DNA from: Cyanophyceae cyanobacterium
GTDB taxonomy: Bacteria; Cyanobacteriota; Cyanobacteriia; Cyanobacteriales; JBHJGN01
Direction of reading: 5' to 3'
Assembly (NCBI GenBank): GCA_050331735.1
Contig: JBHJGN010000075.1
Coordinates: forward strand, 1-18,955
Length of the DNA stretch: 18,955 nt
Positions 7,171 through 15,470 of the stretch are shown here, in pieces. How positions within the stretch are numbered: the first letter of the stretch is position 1; each line of letters starts with the position of its first letter. The position numbers were made by a program, and so were the translations under genes. Under the pieces are notes generated by a model, which saw only the letters and a list, made by a program, of their open reading frames with translations, was not told the origin of the DNA and searched no databases.

Positions 7171-8607
7171 ATGAATTTTTTATCGGATACAGTTGTGCTT
7201 TCGCGCATGCAGTTTGCGCTGACGGCAATTTTCCACATGCTCTGGCCCATCCTCACAACTGGAATGGCAATTTATCTAGTGGTGGTTGAAGGATTATGGC
7301 TAAATACCCGCAATCCTCAATACTACTATCATGCTCGCTTCTGGGCAAAGCTCTACGTGTTGAATTTTGGGATTGGGGTCGCCAGCGGGATTCCGATGGA
7401 GTTTCAGTTTGGGACGAACTGGGCTCCGTTTTCCCAGGCAGTCGGGAACTTCTTTGGCAGCGTTTTGGGGTTTGAAGCCTCCGCTGCGTTTATGCTCGAA
7501 GCCGCCTTTTTAGGCATTATGGTGTTCGGGTGGGAGCGCGTCAATCCAGTCATTCACTACATCGCCACCATCCTCGTTGCCTTTGGCTCTAATCTATCTA
7601 TCTTTTGGATTCTTTCGGCCAATTCCTGGATGCAAACCCCCGCAGGCGGCCAGTTAGTCAACGGAGAATTTATCGTCCGCGATTACTTCCAGGCGATTTT
7701 TAATCCGTTTATGGTCAACAGCGTCCTGCATATGTCTTTAGCAACGCTGGAAACTTCGTTGTTCGTCATCGGCGGCATTAGCGCTTGGTATATCATCAAT
7801 CAACGTCACGCCGATTTCTTTGCCAAATCCTTAAAAATTGTGCTAGCCGTGGCGATCACCGTTGCTCCCCTACAAATTTATATGGGGCATCTCAGCGGCG
7901 AACAGGTCTATCACTACCAGCCGACTAAACTGGCAGCGATGGAAGCGCAGTGGGAAACTCTCCCGGCGGGCCAAGCCGCAGACTGGAGCCTTGTCGCACT
8001 TCCAAATGAGCAAGAAGCCAAAAACGATTGGGAAATTACGGTTCCCAACGCACTCGGCTACATTTTAGAACTCAAACGGGAACTGTCGGAACCGCTTCAG
8101 GGGCTCAGAGAGTATCAGCCAGAGGATCGCCCCCACCTAGTCGGACTGATTTACTATTCCTTCCGAATCATGATTGCTATCGGGTTCTTCTTTGCAGGAC
8201 TCATGCTGATCAGCGTTCTGCAATGGCTGCGCGGTCAGCTCTCTGAGGACAACATTACTCAGCAGCGCTGGCTGATGACCGCCTGGATTTTCTCAGCGCC
8301 TCTGGGCTATGTTGCCGTCGAATGTGGCTGGATTGTGCGCTGCGTGGGTCGTCAACCCTGGATTGTTTATAACCAGATTCGCACTGTTGACGGTGCTTCC
8401 AATTTACCCCCCAGTGATGTTCTCACCTCTTTGATCACGTTTGCCGTGATTTACAGCCTGCTGTTTGGGGCAGCGCTCTACTTTGGTAGCCGCATTATTC
8501 GCCGCGGACCCAGATTCGACTTGCCGCTTCCTGGACAAGAAAATGCCGTCGATGCCAAGCCAGGTCGGTTGGTTCCTGACGAACGACCGATAGAAGCTCA
8601 GCAGTAG
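7171..8607 (+). CDS. cydA: Cytochrome bd quinol oxidase subunit I
   Basis: SRMQFALTAIFH, GVASGIPMEFQFGTNW, ANSWMQTP, QPTKLAAME, FRIM and GRQPW motifs; short Q-loop. Confidence 0.97.
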   Translation: MNFLSDTVVLSRMQFALTAIFHMLWPILTTGMAIYLVVVEGLWLNTRNPQYYYHARFWAKLYVLNFGIGVASGIPMEFQFGTNWAPFSQAVGNFFGSVLGFEASAAFMLEAAFLGIMVFGWERVNPVIHYIATILVAFGSNLSIFWILSANSWMQTPAGGQLVNGEFIVRDYFQAIFNPFMVNSVLHMSLATLETSLFVIGGISAWYIINQRHADFFAKSLKIVLAVAITVAPLQIYMGHLSGEQVYHYQPTKLAAMEAQWETLPAGQAADWSLVALPNEQEAKNDWEITVPNALGYILELKRELSEPLQGLREYQPEDRPHLVGLIYYSFRIMIAIGFFFAGLMLISVLQWLRGQLSEDNITQQRWLMTAWIFSAPLGYVAVECGWIVRCVGRQPWIVYNQIRTVDGASNLPPSDVLTSLITFAVIYSLLFGAALYFGSRIIRRGPRFDLPLPGQENAVDAKPGRLVPDERPIEAQQ

Positions 8608-8615
8608 GAGGAGCA

Positions 8616-9632
8616 ATGGATACTTTGATTTATTTTCTACCCCAGGTGTGGTTTGGTATTCTGGCGCTGTTCCTGTTTCTTTACGTGATGCTCGACGGCT
8701 TCGATTTAGGAGTAGGCATTCTCTCTTTGACCTCCACTACGGAAAATCGTCGCGGGATCCTGATGACCAGCTTGAGTAACGTCTGGGATGCCAATGAAAC
8801 CTGGCTGGTGCTGATGGGAGGCGCTCTATTTGGAGCATTTCCCCTCGCTTATGGAACCATCCTCAACGCCCTCTACGTCCCCATTCTGACGATGGTGTTT
8901 GGCTTTATCTTTCGAGCAGTGGCGTTTGAGTTTCGAGAACAGGCGACGAGAAAACTGTTTTGGAACATTGCTTTTGGAGCCGGAAGCTTGACGGCTGCTC
9001 TCGGTCAGGGGTTGTCGTTAGGCGCCGTTCTGGCCGGGATTAAAGTCGATGAAGCGGGACACTTTGCTGGAACTACCTGGGACTGGTTAACCTGGCAGAC
9101 AGGGCTGGTGGCGTTGACGCTGATTCAAGGATACGTGCTCATTGGCTCTACCTACTTAATCTGGAAAACGGAGGGAGAAATTCAGGAAACCCATTACCAG
9201 ACGGCCCGCATCGCGGCGGTAACAACGCTCATCGGGGCGATCGCCATCACCATTGGGACGCCAATTTTCTACGAATATGCTCGTTCCCGGCTATTTTCTC
9301 GACCCCAGGTGTATCTCTTTGCCCTAATTCCCGTCCTCGGGGTACTGCTAATTGGGCTGCTGCTGAGAAGCCTCAACCGTCGCCGGGAAGTAACGCCATT
9401 TATCTGGACCATTCTGATTTTCTTACTCACCTTTGTCGGGCTGGCGCTGGTTGTCTTTCCCTACATCATTCCTACTGAAATCACCATCTACGAAGCCGCC
9501 GCCGACCCCAGTGCGCTCGTGTTTATGATTATTTTCATCGGCTTTTTAATCCCAGTGATGATTTTCTACAACATCTATCAGTATTTTGTGTTTAGGGGCA
9601 AGGTGAGCGGCGAGGGCTACGGGGGCGAATAG
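8616..9632 (+). CDS. cydB: Cytochrome bd quinol oxidase subunit II
   Basis: LDGFDLGVG, VWDANETWLV, GAFPLAY and FRAVAFEFR motifs; 8 bp after cydA with an AGGAGG RBS. Confidence 0.97.
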   Translation: MDTLIYFLPQVWFGILALFLFLYVMLDGFDLGVGILSLTSTTENRRGILMTSLSNVWDANETWLVLMGGALFGAFPLAYGTILNALYVPILTMVFGFIFRAVAFEFREQATRKLFWNIAFGAGSLTAALGQGLSLGAVLAGIKVDEAGHFAGTTWDWLTWQTGLVALTLIQGYVLIGSTYLIWKTEGEIQETHYQTARIAAVTTLIGAIAITIGTPIFYEYARSRLFSRPQVYLFALIPVLGVLLIGLLLRSLNRRREVTPFIWTILIFLLTFVGLALVVFPYIIPTEITIYEAAADPSALVFMIIFIGFLIPVMIFYNIYQYFVFRGKVSGEGYGGE

Positions 9633-9676
9633 GGCTTGGCAGCGTTCCGCAGTCAACCAAGACCAGTTTGAGTCTA

Positions 9677-10042
9677 CTACTTAGAAATATTAACGACTGC
9701 ACCAGCCGCTGCACCGCCAATGGCGTTTTCAATGGGGGTTCCGTTGTTCAAAACTTCTCCAGTAACCAGCGTTGCTGCTGCTTCCACCGCCGCATCCTGA
9801 ACAATACTGGCAGCTCTGCCGTTAGCTTCATTATGAGTCGCGCTAACTGCTGCGCCAGCGGCAGCGCCACCAACCGCATTGCCAATCACACTCCCATTAT
9901 TCAATTCTCCAGTGATAACGCCAGCAGACGCTCCCACCGCAGCATCTTTAAGCAAATCAGCAGCGGCGGGCTTAGCAGCGAACAAGGTCGTTCCTAACGT
10001 AGCAAGGCATCCCGGCAGCAGAACGTGAAAAAATTTTTTCAC
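9677..10042 (-). CDS. Small exported glycine-zipper-like protein with an internal duplication
   Basis: GTG start with an AAGGAG RBS; signal-peptide-like N-terminus (MKKFFHVLLPGCLATLGTTLFAAKPAAA); two ~40-aa repeats DAAV...TGE..NNG....NA.GGAAAGA.V. Confidence 0.8.
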   Translation of the reverse strand: MKKFFHVLLPGCLATLGTTLFAAKPAAADLLKDAAVGASAGVITGELNNGSVIGNAVGGAAAGAAVSATHNEANGRAASIVQDAAVEAAATLVTGEVLNNGTPIENAIGGAAAGAVVNISK

Positions 10043-10310
10043 GTTGACTCCTTCTCAATCATGTCTGGAATAAATCAGCGATCGCTACGCCATTGATGAT
10101 GGTTTCTGTGACGGTAATGTTCCTGCAATCTGGCTAGAGAGAGCATAATAAACTTAATCTCGTCTGTATATTACAGGGAGGTCACCCGAAGCGAGCTGTT
10201 GGCCTGTATTTGTATAGTTTGTTCTCTCCGCTTCCTGGCTCAGTCCTCGTCCAGTAAAATTGGTGATTATCTCTTGTCTTGATAAGGGTGTTTGCCACTC
10301 TTCGTTTACT

Positions 10311-10850
10311 ATGGCTGGTAAATTTATCGTCTATGCTTGTCCTGTCGGTGAACTAGCAGACCAACTTGAGCAATATTTTCAAGAAAGTCGCCGCCTGTGC
10401 GGCGCTAATACGGCTCACAAATATATGCCTCACTGCACTCTGACAAGCTTTTTTGACGATGAAACGAGTCTGATTCCTCTTTATCTTGAAGCGTTAGATA
10501 AAGCTTATGCATATTGGTATCCTCATCGTCCCACTCCAGTGATTCGAATCGCAGACATGCAGTTTCAGCCAGACTGGCACGGATTTGAGCTAGAATCGGA
10601 ATGGCTTAAGCAGCTTGTTTCTAGTTTTATTAACGAGGCTCAATCCCCCGCTCGTCAAGACCCCCTGCATCGTAAAGAGTGGCTCCACCTGAGCTTTGCC
10701 TACGATTTTTCCCCTCAAAGTTATCGAACGCTGGTCAGAGTGGCTCAAGAGCTGATCGATCCCCACGCTGCTGTTCGCTGGGAGTTGCGTTTTTACGAGC
10801 GGTATCCTGACTGGACTTGGATGTGTCATCAGTCTTGGCTACTGAGCTAG
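10311..10850 (+). CDS. 2H phosphoesterase superfamily protein (putative cyclic phosphodiesterase)
   Basis: Two HxT/S motifs (PHCTLT, LHLSFA) about 85 aa apart. Start chosen at ATG 10311 (MAGKFIVYACP) rather than TTG 10260. Confidence 0.75.
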   Translation: MAGKFIVYACPVGELADQLEQYFQESRRLCGANTAHKYMPHCTLTSFFDDETSLIPLYLEALDKAYAYWYPHRPTPVIRIADMQFQPDWHGFELESEWLKQLVSSFINEAQSPARQDPLHRKEWLHLSFAYDFSPQSYRTLVRVAQELIDPHAAVRWELRFYERYPDWTWMCHQSWLLS

Positions 10851-10909
10851 AGTAAGCCCTAGGGCATAGATTGAGTCAGCGCTGTTTAACACTAAAATAG
10901 ACCGAGCAG

Positions 10910-10928
10910 TTGTTAAGCCAAGGTTAAA
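10910..10928 (-). promoter_or_regulatory. Possible SphR (Pho) box pair
   Basis: Minus strand TTTAACCT-tgg-CTTAACAA, two PyTTAAPyPy(T/A)-like units with an 11-bp period, upstream of phnM but inverted relative to it. Confidence 0.4.
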
Positions 10929-11265
10929 GTCCTGCTCGCGGGACTGTGCTAAATTAGCGATAAAAATAAGCGTTTATTGTGTCTTAAATACTCAACAAGC
11001 TTTGCCTAGCTTGGTGCTTTAAAGAGACTCAGAGCTTGTTGAAACGATTGTGCTCTCGATCGGCGAATAGCTAAGGCTAGTCGCTTTTTGACTAACTTAG
11101 TTAGTTCAACTGCCTACCCAATTTGCTACTTCAATCTAAATGATGCCAAGCCTAAAAGACTCCGAGACCAGCTCCGTAACGCTGTTTGATGAGTCACTGA
11201 ATCCTCCGCCGTAAGGTAGTGGAGCCTGCGGTGACCGCTGGTCATTGTTAAGTCACAAATTTTCG

Positions 11266-12399
11266 ATGAAAGAACAAATTTACACAAACTACCGCCTGCA
11301 GCTTCCCGACCGAGAAGTGCTCGGCACTCTGGTCGTGCGAGATAACTTAATTGCGGATATTCAGCCAGAAATACTTTCTCGCGGTCATAACGGTCAAGGA
11401 GAATATCTCATGCCCGGTCTGATCGAACTCCATACAGATAATTTTGAACGCTGTGTCTCACCGCGTCCAGGCATTCGCTGGCCCCTAGAAGCAGCGGCTA
11501 GCTACCATGACCGCGATTTAGTAAGTGCTGGAGTAACAACGGTTTGCGATGCGATCGCGATCGGCGACAGCAAACCAGACTCCCCCCGCTCTACGCTTTA
11601 TAGAGCCATGATTGAGACAATCGTACAGGGTCAGCAAGCTGGCAAATTTGCTTGCGATCATCGCCTGCATCTGCGCTGCGAACTGTCTTACGAACAGGTA
11701 CACCGCGTCGCCGCGGCCTATATCGATCATCCTCTGCTGTCGCTGCTCTCTTTGATGGACCACACCCCCGGTCAGCGGCAGTTTGTCAAACTTGAAAAAT
11801 ATAAAGAATACTACATGGGAAAGCACGGGGTTTCCCAGGAGCAGATGGAGCTATTTATTGAGGAACGTCAGCTCCATCAGCAGCAGTATGCCCCCAAGAA
11901 CCGCCAAGCCTTAGTTCAGCTCTGTCGAGAACGCCACATTACCCTGGCTAGTCACGATGATGCTACCGTTGCTCACGTGCACGAAGCTCTTCAAGATGAA
12001 GTGGCGATCGCCGAATTTCCGACAACTTTAGCCGCAGCGCAGGCTGCTCATGCTAACCAGTTAAAAGTCTTGATAGGCGCTCCCAACATTGTTTTAGGCG
12101 GCTCCCATTCGGGCAATATTTCAGCAATGGAATTGCTCCAGCAGGATTTAGTCCATATCATCTCCTCTGACTACGTTCCTCAAAGTCTTCTACAGTCGCT
12201 GCTGGTCATTGCTCGCCAGTTGAACAAACCCTTTTACCAGGTGATGTCGTTGGCTACTAAGATTCCAGCTCAAGCCATTGGTTTAACCGAGCGAGGGTGT
12301 TTAGCAGTCGGGAAACGAGCTGATTTTGTCACCTTCTCTAGTCGCCAGGGCATACCACGTCTGACGGCAACAGTGATTCAGGGAAAGCGCGTTGCCTAG
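11266..12399 (+). CDS. phnM: Alpha-D-ribose 1-methylphosphonate 5-triphosphate diphosphatase
   Basis: PGLIELHTDNFE, SLMDHTPGQRQF, LASHDD, AEFPTT, GAPNIVLGGSHSGN and SSDYVP motifs. Start chosen at ATG 11266 (MKEQIYTNY). Confidence 0.95.
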   Translation: MKEQIYTNYRLQLPDREVLGTLVVRDNLIADIQPEILSRGHNGQGEYLMPGLIELHTDNFERCVSPRPGIRWPLEAAASYHDRDLVSAGVTTVCDAIAIGDSKPDSPRSTLYRAMIETIVQGQQAGKFACDHRLHLRCELSYEQVHRVAAAYIDHPLLSLLSLMDHTPGQRQFVKLEKYKEYYMGKHGVSQEQMELFIEERQLHQQQYAPKNRQALVQLCRERHITLASHDDATVAHVHEALQDEVAIAEFPTTLAAAQAAHANQLKVLIGAPNIVLGGSHSGNISAMELLQQDLVHIISSDYVPQSLLQSLLVIARQLNKPFYQVMSLATKIPAQAIGLTERGCLAVGKRADFVTFSSRQGIPRLTATVIQGKRVA

Positions 12400-12493
12400 T
12401 TTAATCGAAGTTAAATGGCGAAGAAATTTGAGTAATTCGCCAAGGCACCCAAAAGCTGATTACTGATAGCTCACCACTTTTTGCTTCTAAGAG

Positions 12494-12715
12494 TTACTGG
12501 TCATTGATTGCTGTCTGAGAGTGTTCTGCTAAAGCTAAAATTTCTCGCTCGATTTGGTAAAAAGAAAAAGTACTGGTAAATCCTAACCAAACTTCGCCAA
12601 TCAACCCTAATTCGTCTTTTGTTAAGGAACCCGCTGCTTGTTCAGCTTTTTGGGGTTCTACACCTACCTTGACTAGCTGCTCTTGATAGAATTGTTTTAG
12701 CCGCTCAGAATTCAT
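12494..12715 (-). CDS. Small hypothetical protein (73 aa)
   Basis: ATG at 12715 preceded by GAGG; helical-looking sequence MNSERLKQFYQEQLVKVGVEPQKAEQAA. The ORF track extends it to 12808. Confidence 0.55.
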   Translation of the reverse strand: MNSERLKQFYQEQLVKVGVEPQKAEQAAGSLTKDELGLIGEVWLGFTSTFSFYQIEREILALAEHSQTAINDQ

Positions 12716-13290
12716 AGTGAGTTCCTCAGTGGAATGGAATTTAGATAGTTCCCCTCGATGTTTTGCCTCAAAACAGCACTCACAGCGATATCCTTTCAAC
12801 ACAGCCATGAAAAGCCTGTAATCACAATGCTAACAAGCTGATTTCGTCCGGGGTGGTTGTTTTCCTTGATCTACGTCTCTAGAAAGAGGACCGTCTCGCT
12901 CTCGGCGTGTCAAGGAGGGCTAGTATTTTTGGAACCGACGCCAAGAAATAACTTCCAATTACCCCCTAGTAAAAAAGCAGACTCCTAAACAGAGCAATTG
13001 TTTCCTAGCGCTAATTATTTTTCTAACTAATTGTTCCTCCTGCTACTCAAGGCTAAAGCCAACTAGGCCGTCTTTTATAGCAGAGCATAACATAACCTAT
13101 TCCGCTTAGCTGTCACAAAGGACACGTTGTCGCGGTACGATTTGTATTGTTTTGTCCTCAGGTCGTTAAATCTTTGTCTTCTTCTCGGGATGACTTTCTA
13201 GGGAGCTTCACTGGAAGCGTCAACAAACATCGGAAATATCTAGAGAAGACACAGACAATCGCTGTTCTTTAAAACTATACTTGACAGAAA

Positions 13291-13617
13291 CTAAGTGGCG
13301 GTCGTCAGTGCTTTTTGCAGCACCTCAAACTGCTTTGATACCAGTTGATAGTAAACCCAAGTGCCGCGCTGCTCACGATTGAGCAGTCCTGCTTTATGAA
13401 GTACTTTAAGGTGATGGCTTACTGTGGGCTGCGATAAGCCTAGCGGTTCTGTCAGTTCACAGACGCAAGCTTCTTGCTGAGGTTGAGTAGCAATCAAGTT
13501 AATGAGTCGCAGCCGCGCTGGTTCCCCTAAAACTCGGAACACACAGGCAATTTTTTCGGCTTCAGCCGCATCAAGAGACCCGAAGAGCAAAGACGGACAG
13601 CAAGAAGGAGTTGTCAT
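13291..13617 (-). CDS. arsR: ArsR/SmtB-family metalloregulator (arsenic-sensing type)
   Basis: FRVLGEPARLRL, EACVCEL (alpha3 Cys site), SQPTVSHHLKVL, EQRGTWVYY and an N-terminal CC. Start chosen at ATG 13617 (MTTPSCC). Confidence 0.92.
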   Translation of the reverse strand: MTTPSCCPSLLFGSLDAAEAEKIACVFRVLGEPARLRLINLIATQPQQEACVCELTEPLGLSQPTVSHHLKVLHKAGLLNREQRGTWVYYQLVSKQFEVLQKALTTAT

Positions 13618-13626
13618 AGTTCTATC

Positions 13627-13675
13627 TTGACATTGATCGCTCAGGCCCGCCATAATATCGACAGACATCAATATT
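13627..13675 (+). promoter_or_regulatory. Sigma70 promoter of arsI with overlapping ArsR operator
   Basis: TTGACA (13627-32), 18-bp spacer, CATAAT (13651-56). The inverted repeat AATATCGA-cagaca-TCAATATT (13654-75, 7/8 symmetric) overlaps the -10. Confidence 0.7.
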
Positions 13676-13704
13676 CATGCTTGTCAATTTTAAGGAGTCC
13701 GCTT

Positions 13705-14118
13705 ATGCCAAGAATTCAACTTGCCCTTAACGTCAGCAATATTAATGAAGCTGTTACCTTCTACAGCAACCTTTTTGGAAGCGAACCAGCTAAACGTCGC
13801 CCTGGTTACGCTAACTTTGCTATTGGCGATCCCCCACTCAAACTAGTCCTCATCGAGAAGCCAAGCCAAGCAGGAACGCTGAATCATTTAGGCGTTGAAG
13901 TCGAGCGCTCAGCAGAGGTATCTGAGGCAGATAGGCGCTTGCAACAGCAAGGATTAGAACCAAGAGCAGAACAACAAGTGACCTGCTGCTATGCCGTTCA
14001 GGATAAGATTTGGGTCCATGACCCCGATGGCGCTGCTTGGGAGATTTATACCGTACTCGACGATGCTGACACCGACGGTCGGAGTTCGGAGTCTATCGAG
14101 AGCTGTACAAACTGCTAG
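13705..14118 (+). CDS. arsI: ArsI/CadI-family VOC metalloenzyme (putative C-As lyase)
   Basis: RIQLALNV, PAKRRPGYANF, PPLKLVLIE, LNHLGVEV, TCCYAVQDKIWV and WEIY: a Gln/His/Glu metal triad plus a vicinal Cys pair. AAGGAG RBS before ATG 13705. Confidence 0.92.
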   Translation: MPRIQLALNVSNINEAVTFYSNLFGSEPAKRRPGYANFAIGDPPLKLVLIEKPSQAGTLNHLGVEVERSAEVSEADRRLQQQGLEPRAEQQVTCCYAVQDKIWVHDPDGAAWEIYTVLDDADTDGRSSESIESCTNC

Positions 14119-14257
14119 AAACGTGCTATTCCTGGCTTGAAGTAGTTCTTAATTCATTAGAAGCTTGGGGGAGAAGGGTAAATCGCTGGTTTCGCACTTT
14201 AATTGAGGGATGTGGCCTTAGCGCTGTTCAGGAGTACATTTGGGATTATTAGCGGTC

Positions 14258-14794
14258 ATGAAGCCTAGCATTAATGCAATTACTCAAGCTTTACTCACCA
14301 AGGGGCATCAGCAGTACGGTGGTGAAGCCGTTAGTCAGCTCGAACATGCTCTTCAGTGTGCCACTCTTGCCGAAGCTCACGGTGCTAGCAATGAGTTAAT
14401 TACAGCCTGTCTGCTTCACGACTTTGGTCATCTGCTACACAATTTAGGAGAAGACGCCGCTCAACAAGGAATCGACGACCGTCACGAATATCGCGCTCTG
14501 GCTTACTTACGTCAGCTATTTCCTCCGGCGGTGACGGAACCAATTCGCCTGCATGTAGCGGCCAAGCGCTATTTGTGCGCCGTCGATTTCCACTACTGGT
14601 CCTCTTTATCGCTCGCCTCTCGCTACAGCTTAGTGCTTCAGGGAGGAAAGTTTTCTGGCAAAGCTGCTACCGTCTTTATCAAGCAACCCTACGCAGAATT
14701 AGCGGTTCAGTTACGCCTCTGGGACGATCGCTCTAAGCGGACCGTCGCAACTCCGGATCTATGGCATTTTGTGCCAATTGTGGCTACTGTATAG
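14258..14794 (+). CDS. phnZ: PhnZ-like HD-domain phosphonate C-P oxygenase
   Basis: YGGEAVSQLEHALQ, LLHDFGH, DDRHE, IRLHVAAKRYL, SLVLQGG and LRLWDD motifs. An alternative TTG start at 14240 has AGGAG upstream. Confidence 0.88.
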   Translation: MKPSINAITQALLTKGHQQYGGEAVSQLEHALQCATLAEAHGASNELITACLLHDFGHLLHNLGEDAAQQGIDDRHEYRALAYLRQLFPPAVTEPIRLHVAAKRYLCAVDFHYWSSLSLASRYSLVLQGGKFSGKAATVFIKQPYAELAVQLRLWDDRSKRTVATPDLWHFVPIVATV

Positions 14795-14804
14795 GCTTGC
14801 GCTT

Positions 14805-15470
14805 ATGTTTCCATCAATTACCCACGTGATTTACGATGTTGATGGCTTACTGCTAGATACCGAAACGATTAATGCTCAAGTTAATCAGCAAATCATTCAG
14901 CGCTACGGCAAGTCGTTCACCGTGGACATCAAAGCCAACATTGCCGGCAGAAGTACCTTTGACTCCGCCAGAATCATCGTGGACAGGCTCGCGCTGCCGC
15001 TTACTCCTCAGGCTTACCTAGAACAGCGCAAGGCCTTAATTTATCATCTTTATGCCCAAGCCGAACCCCTGCCAGGAGCCGTTCGTTTGGTGAAGCATCT
15101 TCATCAGCATCAGATTCCGCAAGCGGTGGCCACTAGCTCACCGCGTCTCCATTTTGACTTAAAAACGACTCACCATCCGTGGTTTACTTTATTTGACTGT
15201 ACTGTTCTCGGAGATGACCCAGAACTTAAGAAGACCAAGCCATCTCCAGACATCTTTCTAATCGCCGCTGAACGCCTTGGGGCTTCTCCAGAACAATGCT
15301 TGGTGTTTGAAGATTCGCCTGCTGGCCTGCAGGCAGCCTTAGCCGCTCGGATGTCAGTGGTTGTCGTTCCTGACTCCGCTCTGGCTCCTCAGTTATTTCA
15401 ACAAGCCGATCAAATTTTGACCTCTTTAGGGGATTTTGAACCGCAGCTTTGGCAGCTACCAGGGTTTTAG
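14805..15470 (+). CDS. HAD-IA family phosphatase (GS1/pseudouridine-5'-phosphatase-like)
   Basis: DVDGLLLDTE, ATSS, KPSPDIF and VFEDSPAG motifs; starts 10 bp after the phnZ stop. Confidence 0.9.
   Translation: MFPSITHVIYDVDGLLLDTETINAQVNQQIIQRYGKSFTVDIKANIAGRSTFDSARIIVDRLALPLTPQAYLEQRKALIYHLYAQAEPLPGAVRLVKHLHQHQIPQAVATSSPRLHFDLKTTHHPWFTLFDCTVLGDDPELKKTKPSPDIFLIAAERLGASPEQCLVFEDSPAGLQAALAARMSVVVVPDSALAPQLFQQADQILTSLGDFEPQLWQLPGF

Noticed and set aside
9668..9997. 109-aa plus-strand ORF after cydB as a CydX/CydS-like subunit
   Set aside because: No hydrophobic helix, too long, and antisense to the better-supported glycine-zipper gene.
10990..11045. Hairpin ending GTTGAAAC, like a CRISPR repeat 3' end
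   Set aside because: Single copy with no repeat-spacer periodicity and no cas genes; no CRISPR array seen anywhere in the window.
12416..12442. TGGCGAA...TTCGCCA hairpin after phnM
   Set aside because: 7-bp stem with a 13-nt loop and no U-tract; too weak to call a terminator.
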